Positions 33,655 through 44,162 of a DNA stretch of 53,887 nucleotides are shown here, piece by piece. Under the pieces are notes generated by a model. It was not told the origin of the DNA, ran no database searches, and saw only the letters and a program-made list of their open reading frames with translations. The translations under genes and the position numbers were made by a program. How positions within the stretch are numbered: position 1 is the stretch's first letter; every line of letters starts with the position of its first letter. The DNA is from an uncultured bacterium (GTDB lineage: Bacteria > Desulfobacterota > DSM-4660 > Desulfatiglandales > CALKZT01), in NCBI GenBank assembly GCA_938002815.1, contig CALKZT010000079.1:1-53887 (forward strand). Direction: 5' to 3'.

Positions 33655-35339
33655 AAAAATTGGTTTCCATCTATGTCTTACTGATACCCCTTTTTTTTAC
33701 CTCCGTCTGTTATGGGGAAGGGGTGATAAGGATCGGGCTGCTCCAGGAGCCGAAGACATTAAACATCTGGAACGCAACGGATACCTGGTCTTCCAAGGTA
33801 TTAAGTCTTTTGTACCCAACCCTGTTCTTGAGAGACCCTGATACCTTGGAATTAGTTCCCTTTCTGGCTGAGGAGCATCCCAAACTGAATTTTGAGGAGA
33901 AGTCTTACACTCTGAGGCTTAGGGATCTAAAATGGTCTGACGGCACCCCCTTTACAGCAGAGGATCTGCTTTTTACCGGAGAAACCATATTAAAGTACAA
34001 AATTCCCAATTTCTACAACAGGTGGGACTTGGTCAAGAAGATAGAAGCCGTTGACAAGAGGACCGTAAAGTTCTACCTAAATGAACTCTCCCCACTTTTT
34101 GAGAGCAGGACCCTCTTTAGTCCCGTAGTGCAGAAGAAGGAATGGGAGCCAGTTATAAAGGGGCTTGAGGGCTCGGGCGAACCCCTGAAGGTTCTTATGA
34201 ACCATAAGGTGAAGAGCCCTGTCGCTATAGGTCCTTTTGTGGTATCAGAGGTAAAGGAGGGGGCATATATATTTCTGAAGAAGAATCCACATTTTCCCAA
34301 GGATTGGGATAATAGATACAGGGGTCCCCATGTGAATGGCATAATATTTAAGATCTTCGGTACCACTGATACCGCAATATTGGAGCTCAAAAAGGGTGGT
34401 CTTGATTATATATGGTGGAACCTGCCTGAGGGTTATTTAGAGGACCTTTCGAAAGAGAAGGGTTTGAAGATTTACAGCTCGGAGAAGAATGCCCTCTATT
34501 TCTTGGGTTTCAACCTAAAAAAGGCACCTATGAATGACCTTGCCTTTAGAAAGGCAGTGGCCTACTTGATAGACAAGGAGTTTATAGTTAAAAGGTTGCT
34601 CCAGGAAAAGGGCATAGTTATGGATTCCCCCATCTCTTCCTTTAACACAAAATGGTACTGCACAAATATCTCACTTTACGGCAAAGGGATGAGCAGAGAG
34701 GAGAGGATCAGGCGTGCATACGAGACCCTTAAAGAGGCAGGATACTCCTGGAAGGTCTATCCTGTCGGGGAGGAGAATACCCAGAGGAAGGGGAAGGGAC
34801 TCATGGACCCTCGTGGAGAGGAGATAAAAAGGATCACCATCTTGGTACCCCCTGCGGACTATGACCCTGTAAGAGCGATGGCAGGGACCATGATACAGGA
34901 GTGGCTGCAGGAGATGGGAATAGACGTAACGGTAAAGCCCATGCCCTTTAACGCAATGATGGACCAGGTGAAGTCTCGAAAAGAATTTGACATGGTGATT
35001 ATGGGATATGGGAATCTCACCTTGGACCCAGATTATCTCAGGAGATTTTTTGAGTCTGAGGCAGGGGGCCATAAGGGAGACAACATAACAGGGTACAGCT
35101 CCCAGAGCTTCGACCAGCTGGCCAGGGCATCTTCAGGGTGTATGGATCCAGAAGAGAGGAGAAAGATTGTCTGCCAGATGCAAAAGATTCTTTCAGAGGA
35201 GCTCCCCATCATTCCCCTCTACAATCCGCACGTCATAGAGGTTGTGAGAGAAGACAAGTTTACAGGTTGGGTCAAGACTCTCGGCGGAGTGGGAAATCTA
35301 TGGTCGTTTTTTAATCTAAAACCTGCTAAGAACAAATGA
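33651..35339 (+). CDS. ABC transporter substrate-binding protein, family 5 (peptide/nickel)
   Basis: Signal peptide, KWSDGTPFTAED, GPF, FRKAVAYLIDK, ELPIIPLY. Confidence 0.92.
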   Translation: MKKLVSIYVLLIPLFFTSVCYGEGVIRIGLLQEPKTLNIWNATDTWSSKVLSLLYPTLFLRDPDTLELVPFLAEEHPKLNFEEKSYTLRLRDLKWSDGTPFTAEDLLFTGETILKYKIPNFYNRWDLVKKIEAVDKRTVKFYLNELSPLFESRTLFSPVVQKKEWEPVIKGLEGSGEPLKVLMNHKVKSPVAIGPFVVSEVKEGAYIFLKKNPHFPKDWDNRYRGPHVNGIIFKIFGTTDTAILELKKGGLDYIWWNLPEGYLEDLSKEKGLKIYSSEKNALYFLGFNLKKAPMNDLAFRKAVAYLIDKEFIVKRLLQEKGIVMDSPISSFNTKWYCTNISLYGKGMSREERIRRAYETLKEAGYSWKVYPVGEENTQRKGKGLMDPRGEEIKRITILVPPADYDPVRAMAGTMIQEWLQEMGIDVTVKPMPFNAMMDQVKSRKEFDMVIMGYGNLTLDPDYLRRFFESEAGGHKGDNITGYSSQSFDQLARASSGCMDPEERRKIVCQMQKILSEELPIIPLYNPHVIEVVREDKFTGWVKTLGGVGNLWSFFNLKPAKNK

Positions 35340-36316
35340 ACCTGAAGACGTTTATTTTAAAAAGGTCGATCCAAGTTGTGATAAGCTTTTATGTCATACT
35401 TTCTCTTCTCTTTTTTTTGTTAAGATTGTCACCAGGTGATCCTTATTCAAAATATATTGACAGTGATATGACTCAACAGGAAATTGAGTTAATAAAGAAA
35501 CAGATGGGTCTTGATAAACATATCTTTTATCAGTACTTGATCTATATTAGAAACCTAATCAAGATGGATTTTGGGTATTCCTTTCATTATGGGACGCATG
35601 TTTGGGATGTAATAAAGAATAAAATCTTAAACACAATACTACTCTTTACAACAAGTGTAATTGTATCTGCACTGGTAGGCATATTCCTTGGGAGAATAGC
35701 TGCTTGGAGGAGAAACACATCTTTAGATGCAGGGCTTACCATAGCAAGTCTTGTGACACATACGATATTTTTGCCATGGCTTGGGCTTTTGCTCATTTGG
35801 ATATTTGGCTATAAATTTGAACTCTTTCCCCTAAGCGGTATTTACACACCCGAGATATGGCTGGATCCTGAGTGTGGATTCTTAAGAAAGGCCTTGGATG
35901 TAATGCATCACATGGCCTTACCCTTTTTGTCACTTTTCTTGCTCCACTTTGGGGGCTATCTCCTCCTCATGAGAAATAGCATGTTGGGGACCCTTAAAGA
36001 GGACTACATTCTTACAGCCAGGGCAAAAGGGCTCAGGGAAAAGGATATCATAAACAGGCATGCCCTCCCCAATGCTGCCCTTCCAGTGGTCACTTCTGTT
36101 GGTCTGAGTCTGGCCTTTTCCATAAACGGGGGGGCCCTTACAGAAACGGTATTCTCCTGGCCTGGGATAGGGAGGGAGCTTGTGATGGCAGTGAGCCACA
36201 ACGACTATCCCCTTGCCCAGGCTGCCTTTTTGCTGATTGCCATCGTGGTCCTGCTGGCCAATGTGCTGGTAGATATACTTTATGCCTTTTTGGATCCCAG
36301 GATAAGGTATGAGTGA
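35336..36316 (+). CDS. Peptide ABC transporter permease (OppB/DppB-like)
   Basis: PGDP, DFGYSF, DYILTARAKGL, ETVFSWPGIG, LDPRIR. Confidence 0.93.
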   Translation: MNLKTFILKRSIQVVISFYVILSLLFFLLRLSPGDPYSKYIDSDMTQQEIELIKKQMGLDKHIFYQYLIYIRNLIKMDFGYSFHYGTHVWDVIKNKILNTILLFTTSVIVSALVGIFLGRIAAWRRNTSLDAGLTIASLVTHTIFLPWLGLLLIWIFGYKFELFPLSGIYTPEIWLDPECGFLRKALDVMHHMALPFLSLFLLHFGGYLLLMRNSMLGTLKEDYILTARAKGLREKDIINRHALPNAALPVVTSVGLSLAFSINGGALTETVFSWPGIGRELVMAVSHNDYPLAQAAFLLIAIVVLLANVLVDILYAFLDPRIRYE

Positions 36317-37208
36317 GTTAGGTTTTGAAGGCAAGGGGCCACTTAGAGAGGCATGGGAACTCTTTTTGGAGAGTTCCATCGGAAAGGCAGGGCTGATAAT
36401 ACTCTCTATCTTTGCCTTGATGGCGATCTTCAGTTTCGTTCCACCCATGATAGATCCCATGTATCATCCCATGAAGGGAGTAGATCCTGAGATCACCACC
36501 AGCCAGCCCCCTAGTCTCAGACACTGGCTGGGGACCGATTTTATGGGTAGAGACATACTGAGCCAGCTCCTTGCAGGTGCAAGGGTGGCATTTCTGGTGG
36601 GAATCACCGCTGCCCTGATGAGTATAATACTTGGGACCTTCTTGGGGATGTTGGCAGGCTACTTTGGAGGGGTTGTGGACACGCTCCTCATGAGGACAGC
36701 GGATGTGATAATGGTCTTGCCCACCTTGCTTGTGATCCTGGTCCTGGCATCCCTCTTCAAGGGGCTTTCCATATGGAGTATAGTGATTATCATTGCCCTC
36801 TTTAGGTGGCCGGGCGTCTCAAGGGTGATAAGGGCCCAGACCCTTTCTCTAAAGAATAGGCCCTTTGTGGAGGCAGCAAAGGCATTAGGGGCAAGCCATT
36901 TAAGGATCATGATGAGGCACCTTTTGCCCAATCTGGTCCCCCTTGCCTTTCTGTATATGACCTTTAGGGTCACTGCCGCCATTGTAATAGAGGCTGCCTT
37001 GGCCTTTTTGGGATTTGGAGACCCTACCACAGTAAGCTGGGGAATGATGCTTCAATGGGTCTGGAAGACGGGTCACATGTTTAAGGCCCCCTATTGGCTA
37101 CTACCCCCTGGAATCTGTATCTCACTAATTACCCTTTCCTTCTATATGATTGGCAGGGCAATGGAACAGGTGTTGGACCCAAGACTCAGGAAGGATTGGG
37201 AAGGTTGA
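36309..37208 (+). CDS. Peptide ABC transporter permease (OppC/DppC-like)
   Basis: HWLGTDFMGRD, FVEAAKALGAS, HLLPN, SWGMML. Confidence 0.93.
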   Translation: MSELGFEGKGPLREAWELFLESSIGKAGLIILSIFALMAIFSFVPPMIDPMYHPMKGVDPEITTSQPPSLRHWLGTDFMGRDILSQLLAGARVAFLVGITAALMSIILGTFLGMLAGYFGGVVDTLLMRTADVIMVLPTLLVILVLASLFKGLSIWSIVIIIALFRWPGVSRVIRAQTLSLKNRPFVEAAKALGASHLRIMMRHLLPNLVPLAFLYMTFRVTAAIVIEAALAFLGFGDPTTVSWGMMLQWVWKTGHMFKAPYWLLPPGICISLITLSFYMIGRAMEQVLDPRLRKDWEG

Positions 37209-38161
37209 TGAGGCTCCTTGAGGTAAGGGACCTGGCCCTAGAGTACAGGACAAAGAAAGGTCCGTTCCTGGCCTTGGAGGATATCCAATTCCATGTGGAA
37301 AAAGGTGAGGTCTTGGCCTTTGTGGGGGAGTCTGGCTGCGGAAAGACCACTCTGGGGATGAGCATTTTGAGGCTCTTGCCAGAGAATGCCCATATCCTTA
37401 GAGGCGAGATACTATTTGAAGGAAGGGACATACTCCGTCTCTCCCAAGAGGAGCTTAGGAGATACAGGTGGAAAGAGGTCTCCATGATATTTCAGGCAGC
37501 CATGAATTCCCTGAATCCGGTAAAGAGGGTAGGGGATCAGATAAAGGAGGCCATACAGACCCACGAGCCCGATATATCCAAGGGAGAGCTGAAGCGCAGG
37601 GTAGAGGCACTGTTTCGGCTGGTGAATCTTCCCTTGAGTAGAATAGGGGACTATCCCCATCAGTATTCAGGGGGTATGAGGCAGAGGGCTGTGATAGCCA
37701 TGGCCCTTGCCCTGAGGCCCAAGCTCATAATAGCAGATGAGGCAACCACGGCCCTTGATGTCATTGTCCAGGATCAGATCCTAAAGGAGACAAAGCTCCT
37801 CCAGAAGGAATTTGGGCTCAGTTTTATCTTCATTTCCCATGACATAGCCCTGGCCTTTGAGGTGGCAGATAGGGTGGCTGTTATGTATGGTGGCAGGGTC
37901 GTTGAAATGGGGAGTAGCCATGACCTTGAGGACTCACCCACACATCCCTATACCATGGCCCTTCTGGAGTCATATCCCACACTCACAGTGGAGCGAAGGC
38001 GCCTCCGCCCAATACCTGGAGACCCCATAAAGGTTACCGGTGGGGCCAAAGGTTGCAGATTTTTTATGAGGTGCCCGGAGGCAGAGGCAAGCTGCAAGGA
38101 GATTACCCCCCCTTGGGTGGAGGTGGGGAAAGGCCACATGGTCTCATGTCTTAGGAGATGA
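37208..38161 (+). CDS. Peptide ABC transporter ATPase (OppD-like)
   Basis: GESGCGKT, YSGGMRQR, ADEATTALD, HPYT, C-terminal Cys cluster; start at the TGATG overlap. Confidence 0.93.
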   Translation: MRLLEVRDLALEYRTKKGPFLALEDIQFHVEKGEVLAFVGESGCGKTTLGMSILRLLPENAHILRGEILFEGRDILRLSQEELRRYRWKEVSMIFQAAMNSLNPVKRVGDQIKEAIQTHEPDISKGELKRRVEALFRLVNLPLSRIGDYPHQYSGGMRQRAVIAMALALRPKLIIADEATTALDVIVQDQILKETKLLQKEFGLSFIFISHDIALAFEVADRVAVMYGGRVVEMGSSHDLEDSPTHPYTMALLESYPTLTVERRRLRPIPGDPIKVTGGAKGCRFFMRCPEAEASCKEITPPWVEVGKGHMVSCLRR

Positions 38162-38162
38162 G

Positions 38163-39188
38163 ATGGAAAGACCCATCTTAAAGACAAGGGCCTTATACAA
38201 GACCTACCTCACAAAGGGAGGATTCTTTGGCGGGGGTAAAAAGCGGATTGTAGCCCTCCATGACCTCAATTTGGACATATTCAGGGGTGAGATATTCGGG
38301 CTTGTGGGCGAAAGCGGATCCGGTAAGAGCACCTTTGGTAGGTTGATCATAAGGCTGGAGGATCCAGACAAGGGCGAGATCCTATTTGAAGACATGGATA
38401 TCCTGAGGCTAAGGGGTGATAGGTTACGTTCTTTTAGAAGAGAGGTGCAGATCATCTTCCAGGATCCATACCAGTCTTTGAACCCCTACCTGAGCGTAGA
38501 GGATATCCTAAAAGAGCCCCTCCAGATTCACAAGGTGGGGGATAAGAAGGAGAGGATGGAGATATTGGAGGAGACCATGTCCATGGTGGGGCTCGTGCCA
38601 CCATCTGCCTATATAAAGGCCTATACCCATCAGCTTAGTGGCGGGCAGAGGCAGAGGGTGGCCATTGCAAGGGCAATGGTCCTCCGTCCCAGATTCCTCA
38701 TCGCAGATGAGCCCACCAGCATGCTGGATGCATCCATCTCTGCCCAGCTCTTTGATATCTTCCTCAATTTCAAAGAAACCTATGGGGTTACCATCCTTTT
38801 TATTACCCATAACCTCTCTGCTGCCAATTATCTGTGTGATCGGGTGGGTGTACTCTATAAAGGTCATTTGGTGGAATTGGGAAGGTCACAGGAGATTCTC
38901 ACAAGGCCCTACCACCCGTATACCATGGCACTCCTGGACGCTGTGCCCAAGTTCGGCAGGTGCGACATCCCTACAGAATTCGGGACACTTCAGAGGCAAT
39001 TTGAAGGGGGGGACGAATCCCTGGGCTGCCCATTCTTCAAGAGATGCCAAAGGGCAAAGATGGTAAGATGTAGTAACGAACTGCCCGTACTCTTGGAGGT
39101 GGAGCCAGGACACTTTTCCTCCTGTTTCTATGGGGAGGAGATACACAAGGAGGTCATGGAATCGGCCGCTTGCAGATTGGGGATTTAG
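38163..39188 (+). CDS. Peptide ABC transporter ATPase (OppF-like)
   Basis: GESGSGKS, LSGGQRQR, ADEPTSMLD, HPYT. Confidence 0.93.
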   Translation: MERPILKTRALYKTYLTKGGFFGGGKKRIVALHDLNLDIFRGEIFGLVGESGSGKSTFGRLIIRLEDPDKGEILFEDMDILRLRGDRLRSFRREVQIIFQDPYQSLNPYLSVEDILKEPLQIHKVGDKKERMEILEETMSMVGLVPPSAYIKAYTHQLSGGQRQRVAIARAMVLRPRFLIADEPTSMLDASISAQLFDIFLNFKETYGVTILFITHNLSAANYLCDRVGVLYKGHLVELGRSQEILTRPYHPYTMALLDAVPKFGRCDIPTEFGTLQRQFEGGDESLGCPFFKRCQRAKMVRCSNELPVLLEVEPGHFSSCFYGEEIHKEVMESAACRLGI

Positions 39189-40642
39189 ACTCGGCAAAGG
39201 GGTTTTTGAAGAAAAGTAACATCGGCCTTCTTGGTCTCGGAATAACTGCCTTTTCAAGGATTTCACCCTTTTATCTGAATGACGGATACCAGCTCTTCTG
39301 TGGGAGGGCTACCCCTGATCTACGGCTTTTGAGGTCCATCGGGAGGATCAGATCCATGGAAGAGGAGACTGGGCATATTAGAGAGCCCATAACCTCCCTC
39401 GACCTATTGGAGTATGGGGCCTTTAGAGAGACCATATTATCCAGCAGAGCCAGATACCTTTATGTGTATCAGTCCTATAAGGGATTGGAGGCAATCCTAA
39501 AAGGCACAGGTAAGATTCTCATTGCCAATAGGGCCGAGCTGAGGGAGTCCCTATCCACAAAGCTCTCCTTTATCAGAATACTTGAAGAACTGGGCATTGA
39601 GCCCCTCAAGTGGATGCAGGTCTCTTCTAAGGCCTTTATGGGTTTGACGGCAAAGGAGTTGTTCTCCTCCTTCTCTGGGCCCTTTGTGGTGCAGGTGGCA
39701 GATATCACAAGGGGAGGTGGAAGGGGCCTCTTTTTTGTGCGGGGAGAAGATGCCTTAAGGAGGGTGAGAGAGGTGGTAGGAAAGGGGGTCCTCCATAGAA
39801 CACGTGTCACTGAACTCCTAATAAGACCCTTTGTGGAGGGGATTTCTATATCTGCCCTCGGCTGTGCCACAAGGCAAGGCACTGTCATTGGGCCACTTCA
39901 ATTGCAGTTGATAGACCTATATGGAGAAAGCCCCTTGGGAGAGGGAGGGATCTTTTGCGGCCACTCATGGGACAGGACTCATAGGGAGGGCATCTGCTCT
40001 CAGGTCCAGAATGTGGTAAGAAGGGTAGGGGATCTGCTCTTTCAAAAGGGGTATCGTGGTATGTTTGGTATAGATTTCATAGGAGACGGGGAAAGGGCCT
40101 ATCCTTTGGAGTTGAATCCCAGACTGACAGGTGCTTTGCCTGTGCTGACCTTCCTTCAACTTAGAGACGGGATTTTGCCCATTGAATTCGTGCACATATT
40201 GAGTTTTTTTGAAGAGGCAGAGTTTGACGTGGAGGCCCTAAACTCCATCTTTCAAAGGGGGACAGAGGGCGCCCATGTCATTCTCTTTGGAGACGAAACA
40301 AAGGAGGAATTTTACCCAAAGACCCTTATCCCTGGGATCTACAAATGGGAGAGTGATTGGGCAAGGTACGTGGGATCTGGCCACCTCTTTCCAAAGGAGG
40401 AGCATGAATTTGCCATCTTAGAAGGCCCTTATGGAAGTATAAGGCCTGGTGATGAGGGCTGGAATAATTTTCTGAGGATCCTAAGAATAGTATTCCAAAA
40501 CCCCATAACAAATGCTAATGGTGCATTAAAAGAATGGGCAAGAAATGTGATAGGGTGGACGAGAGGGGCTATCCTTGGAGAAAGGGGATGGAAGATATCC
40601 TTTGCTCATAACAATCCCGCACTCCTCAAACAGAGTCCCTAA
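39170..40642 (+). CDS. ATP-grasp domain protein (uncharacterised ligase)
   Basis: GGGRGLFFV, PFVEG, GMFGIDFI, LELNPRLTGA; start uncertain. Confidence 0.75.
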   Translation: MQIGDLDSAKGFLKKSNIGLLGLGITAFSRISPFYLNDGYQLFCGRATPDLRLLRSIGRIRSMEEETGHIREPITSLDLLEYGAFRETILSSRARYLYVYQSYKGLEAILKGTGKILIANRAELRESLSTKLSFIRILEELGIEPLKWMQVSSKAFMGLTAKELFSSFSGPFVVQVADITRGGGRGLFFVRGEDALRRVREVVGKGVLHRTRVTELLIRPFVEGISISALGCATRQGTVIGPLQLQLIDLYGESPLGEGGIFCGHSWDRTHREGICSQVQNVVRRVGDLLFQKGYRGMFGIDFIGDGERAYPLELNPRLTGALPVLTFLQLRDGILPIEFVHILSFFEEAEFDVEALNSIFQRGTEGAHVILFGDETKEEFYPKTLIPGIYKWESDWARYVGSGHLFPKEEHEFAILEGPYGSIRPGDEGWNNFLRILRIVFQNPITNANGALKEWARNVIGWTRGAILGERGWKISFAHNNPALLKQSP

Positions 40643-41363
40643 GGAGATAAGAGGTAAGCTTGCCTTAGGGGAGGAGGAGGTCTCCAATTCCTGGGACCTG
40701 GGGAGCAGTGAAATATATGGCAGTCTTCCTGTCCGCTACATCCTTAAGGCCAAATATAGCAGGATTGCAGCCGACCTAAACAGGTCACCAAGGGCAGAGG
40801 GCCCCAAAGGGGTAGTGCCTCTGTCTGACTACTCAGGCAGATCCATCTATTTAGATGGCTTCGTCCTCACAGAGGAGGAGACGAAGAGGAGGCTGAAGGT
40901 CTACTACTGGCCATTTCACAGGAAGATAGAGAGGCTTGTTAGAGGGGGGAGGGTCATGGGTATAATAGACTGCCACACCCTAAACGGCATAGGGCCCAAG
41001 AAGGCACCTGACTGTGGAAAGAGGAGGCCTGATGTAGTCTTGGGTAATAACGGAGGCCCTGAGGGTGGGCCTGTTGCTGAGATGGGAGAAATCACTTGTG
41101 ACCCATGGCTTTTGAGGGAGATGGCCTCAATACTGAAAGATTTGGGACTCTCTGTGAAATTAAACGATCCTTATCCAGGGGGTTACATTGTTGTCCACTA
41201 TGGAAGGATTCTGAGGAGGGCTGGAGGTTTTGGGATCCAGATGGAGATAAACCAAGACCTCTTCACAGACCCCCTCTCCGGATCACTTAACCCTACTTGG
41301 GTAGAGGCCCTCAGCAACACCTTAGAGACCTTCTTGGGGAGGCTCTTTGAGCTTATCCGATAG
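40575..41363 (+). CDS. N-formylglutamate amidohydrolase family protein
   Basis: TIPHS, SRIAADLNR, YYWPFH, IDCHT, LNDPYPGGYI, IQMEINQDL. Confidence 0.88.
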   Translation: MEKGDGRYPLLITIPHSSNRVPKEIRGKLALGEEEVSNSWDLGSSEIYGSLPVRYILKAKYSRIAADLNRSPRAEGPKGVVPLSDYSGRSIYLDGFVLTEEETKRRLKVYYWPFHRKIERLVRGGRVMGIIDCHTLNGIGPKKAPDCGKRRPDVVLGNNGGPEGGPVAEMGEITCDPWLLREMASILKDLGLSVKLNDPYPGGYIVVHYGRILRRAGGFGIQMEINQDLFTDPLSGSLNPTWVEALSNTLETFLGRLFELIR

Positions 41364-41366
41364 GGC

Positions 41367-42893
41367 ATGCCCATCCTCTTGAAGCTCTTCCTCATTTCCT
41401 CTACCTATTTGACCAATCTCTTTGCAAACGTGCTAGGGGTTATATCCGTGGAGATCCTTGTCCATAGGATTGGGCTTGGAATCCAGCAAGGGATATATGC
41501 CCATTTGAACCAAATAAGACCTATCATATTCACTTTTGGATTTGTTGTGCTAACACTATTTGCTCTCATCTACGAAGCCCCCATAAGAAGGGTTTTATTA
41601 GCGAATCGTGAGTTTTTGCCTGAGTTTCTCATCCAAAAAGCGAGACAAAGAGTCTTAAATGAGACATTTTCACTTAACGTAGCCAATATTTCCATCTGGG
41701 TATTAGCCTCGCTTTCATATTATCTTTTTTCATTACACATGAATTTTCCCGACTTTTACATCTATTGGTGCCTGCTGGGGCATTTGTTTACAGGAGCCAT
41801 TACAGCAATTTTTGCATTTTTCTTGTGTGAAAAAGTGATTCAAAAGCTTATAGTTCCAATACTATTCCCTCAAGGAGGCCTTTGGAATGTCTCAAATGTG
41901 AGACATATGACCATAAGAACCAGGATGGTGTTATTGTTAATTTCAATAAATACAATTCCATTGTTGGTAATAATGTCAATTATCTCTCAATTAAAAATAG
42001 CTAATTATGATGTTGAACTTAGAAATCAAATTTTAGATGCGCTACTATACGATAGCATGGTTTTCATCATAGTCGGCTTTGGTATTACATGGATTATAGG
42101 TGGCAGCTTCAGGAGATCATTAATCAACATAGTTGAAGTGCTCAAAGACATAAAGATCGGGAGATTTGAAAGAAGGGTAAAGGTGAACACAAGTGATGAG
42201 ATAGGGTATGTTGGAGATTCAATAAATGAAATGGCAAAAGGACTTTTGGAAAGGGAGATAGTAAAAGATCTTTTTGGCAAATATGTGTCAAAAGAAATAA
42301 GGGACCAGATCCTGAGCGGAGGTATCCCTTTAGACGGGGAACTAAAAGAGGTAACGATGCTCTTTTGTGATCTCAGGAATTACACAAATATGGTCCACAG
42401 GTCTGGTCCAAAGAATGCTGTAAAGATGTTGAACCATTATTTTGAAGAGATGGAAGAGGCAATAAGGGAAAACGATGGGGTGGTGATACAATTTATAGGG
42501 GATGAGATAGAGGCCTCCTTTGGAGCACCTATTTCTGTTCCTAAGCATCCTGAGAAGGCTTTAAGGGCTGCCATAGAGATGTGTAAGAGACTAGAGACCT
42601 TAAGATCAGAGTATCACTATGAGCTGGACCATGGGATTGGACTCCATACAGGTATAGTCCTTGCTGCCAACATAGGGAGCCCAAACAGACTCTCATATGC
42701 CCTTGTGGGCGATACAGTGAATATTGCATCCAGGATCCAAGAGCTTACCAAGGAGCTGGGTTTTAGGATCATCCTCAGTGAATCCACATTGGGAGGTATC
42801 AGGGGAGAGTATAGATTTAGAGATTTGGGAAGGCACACCTTGAAAGGTATCCAAACTCCGGTGGCACTTTTTGGACTTCTGGGAAAGGATTGA
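41367..42893 (+). CDS. Membrane adenylate/guanylate cyclase (class III) with HAMP domain
   Basis: About six TM helices, HAMP DEIG, LFCDLRNYT, FIGDEI, GDTVNIASR. Confidence 0.92.
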   Translation: MPILLKLFLISSTYLTNLFANVLGVISVEILVHRIGLGIQQGIYAHLNQIRPIIFTFGFVVLTLFALIYEAPIRRVLLANREFLPEFLIQKARQRVLNETFSLNVANISIWVLASLSYYLFSLHMNFPDFYIYWCLLGHLFTGAITAIFAFFLCEKVIQKLIVPILFPQGGLWNVSNVRHMTIRTRMVLLLISINTIPLLVIMSIISQLKIANYDVELRNQILDALLYDSMVFIIVGFGITWIIGGSFRRSLINIVEVLKDIKIGRFERRVKVNTSDEIGYVGDSINEMAKGLLEREIVKDLFGKYVSKEIRDQILSGGIPLDGELKEVTMLFCDLRNYTNMVHRSGPKNAVKMLNHYFEEMEEAIRENDGVVIQFIGDEIEASFGAPISVPKHPEKALRAAIEMCKRLETLRSEYHYELDHGIGLHTGIVLAANIGSPNRLSYALVGDTVNIASRIQELTKELGFRIILSESTLGGIRGEYRFRDLGRHTLKGIQTPVALFGLLGKD

Positions 42894-43085
42894 GGGATAT
42901 CCCTTCTCTTAGGCATGTGACCCACTATTGCGGTAGATATAGTGGATTTAGGGGCTAAGCGTGGCATAGAGGCCCTTTAGGGCCAAAAGAAAAGCTCTTG
43001 AATGGACTACTGGCGTGGGGTATGAAAGTTTATACACTTAAGGTGAGGCTTTGAGATTTTTTAAAGGGGTAGAGGAGAACTGGAG

Positions 43086-43952
43086 ATGGAATGTAATAGC
43101 TGCAACCAGGAGGACTGTGCGGCCAAAAAGAGAGGGTCTGAGGAGACCGACAAGGAATACGAAGAAAGGAAGAGGCTCTATTCCAGGCTGTGCAGGATAA
43201 AAAAGAAGATACTGGTCCTTTCAGGGAAAGGTGGGGTTGGCAAAAGCACTGTGGCAGTGAACCTGGCATTTTCCTTAAGAAAGGCAGGGTATAAGGTTGG
43301 GCTCTTGGATACAGATATACATGGGCCTAGTATTCCCACCATGTTGGGTCTAAACGGCAAGAGGCCATCTATGGATCCAGATGGGATGGTCCCATTGGAT
43401 GTGCATGGGGTAAAGGTAATGTCTGTGGGCCTCTTTTTGAGGGATGAAGATGAGGCAGTGATCTGGAGAGGGCCTCTCAAGATGGGAGTGATAAAGCAGT
43501 TCTTGATGGACGTAAAGTGGGGGGATTTGGACTATCTGGTTATAGACTCTCCTCCTGGCACAGGGGATGAGCCACTTTCGGTCTGTCAACTGATAGGGGA
43601 CATTACTGGAGCAATCATTGTGACCACTCCCCAAAGGGTATCTGAGGTGGATGTGAGAAAGTCCATCACCTTTTGCCAACGTCTGAATGTCCCTGTTTTG
43701 GGCGTGGTGGAGAACATGGGAAGTTTTGCCTGTCCCAAATGTGGAGAGGTAACAAAGCTCTGGGGAGAAGGCGCAGGCCAGAAGATATCCGGGGATATGG
43801 GTGTCCCATTCTTGGGAAGCATACCCCTAGACCCTCAGCTTGCCTATTTTTGTGATGCAGGGAAGGTCTTCGTGGAGGAGTTCGGTGAGACCGCCACTGG
43901 TAGGAGCTTTTCTGAGATCCTAAAACCCATTCTTGAAAGAGACCAAAAATAG
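43086..43952 (+). CDS. mrp: Mrp/NBP35 (ApbC) Fe-S cluster carrier ATPase
   Basis: SGKGGVGKST, DIHGPS, WRGP, DSPPGTGDE, ENM..F.CPKC. Confidence 0.94.
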   Translation: MECNSCNQEDCAAKKRGSEETDKEYEERKRLYSRLCRIKKKILVLSGKGGVGKSTVAVNLAFSLRKAGYKVGLLDTDIHGPSIPTMLGLNGKRPSMDPDGMVPLDVHGVKVMSVGLFLRDEDEAVIWRGPLKMGVIKQFLMDVKWGDLDYLVIDSPPGTGDEPLSVCQLIGDITGAIIVTTPQRVSEVDVRKSITFCQRLNVPVLGVVENMGSFACPKCGEVTKLWGEGAGQKISGDMGVPFLGSIPLDPQLAYFCDAGKVFVEEFGETATGRSFSEILKPILERDQK

Positions 43953-43966
43953 ATAAGGGAAGGCAG

Positions 43967-43994
43967 AAAGGGGGTCTAAGGATAGACCCCCTTT
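43967..43994. terminator. Intrinsic terminator after mrp
   Basis: AAAGGGGGTCTA-AGGA-TAGACCCCCTTT, a perfect 12-bp stem. Confidence 0.8.
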
Positions 43995-44067
43995 GGCCTT
44001 TGGGACCAAAGGATATGGGGAGATATTGTCCTGCTCTTGGTAAGGCTCAAAGCTCCCTTTAAGGGCT

Positions 44068-44143
44068 CCCTATAAAATCAGCCCCTGTCCAAAAATAAAT
44101 CGACCTCCAGACGATACCTTCCCTCATCAGCTGGGCCTAAGAT
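44068..44143 (+). promoter_or_regulatory. Putative activator-dependent promoter, copy 1 (shared with the mtrH-like operon)
   Basis: CCCTATAAAATCAGCC-N18-GACCT-CCA-GACGATA-N21-TAAGAT; same blocks and spacing at 50887-50962. Confidence 0.7.
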
Positions 44144-44162
44144 ACTAAAAAAGGGGGTATCT

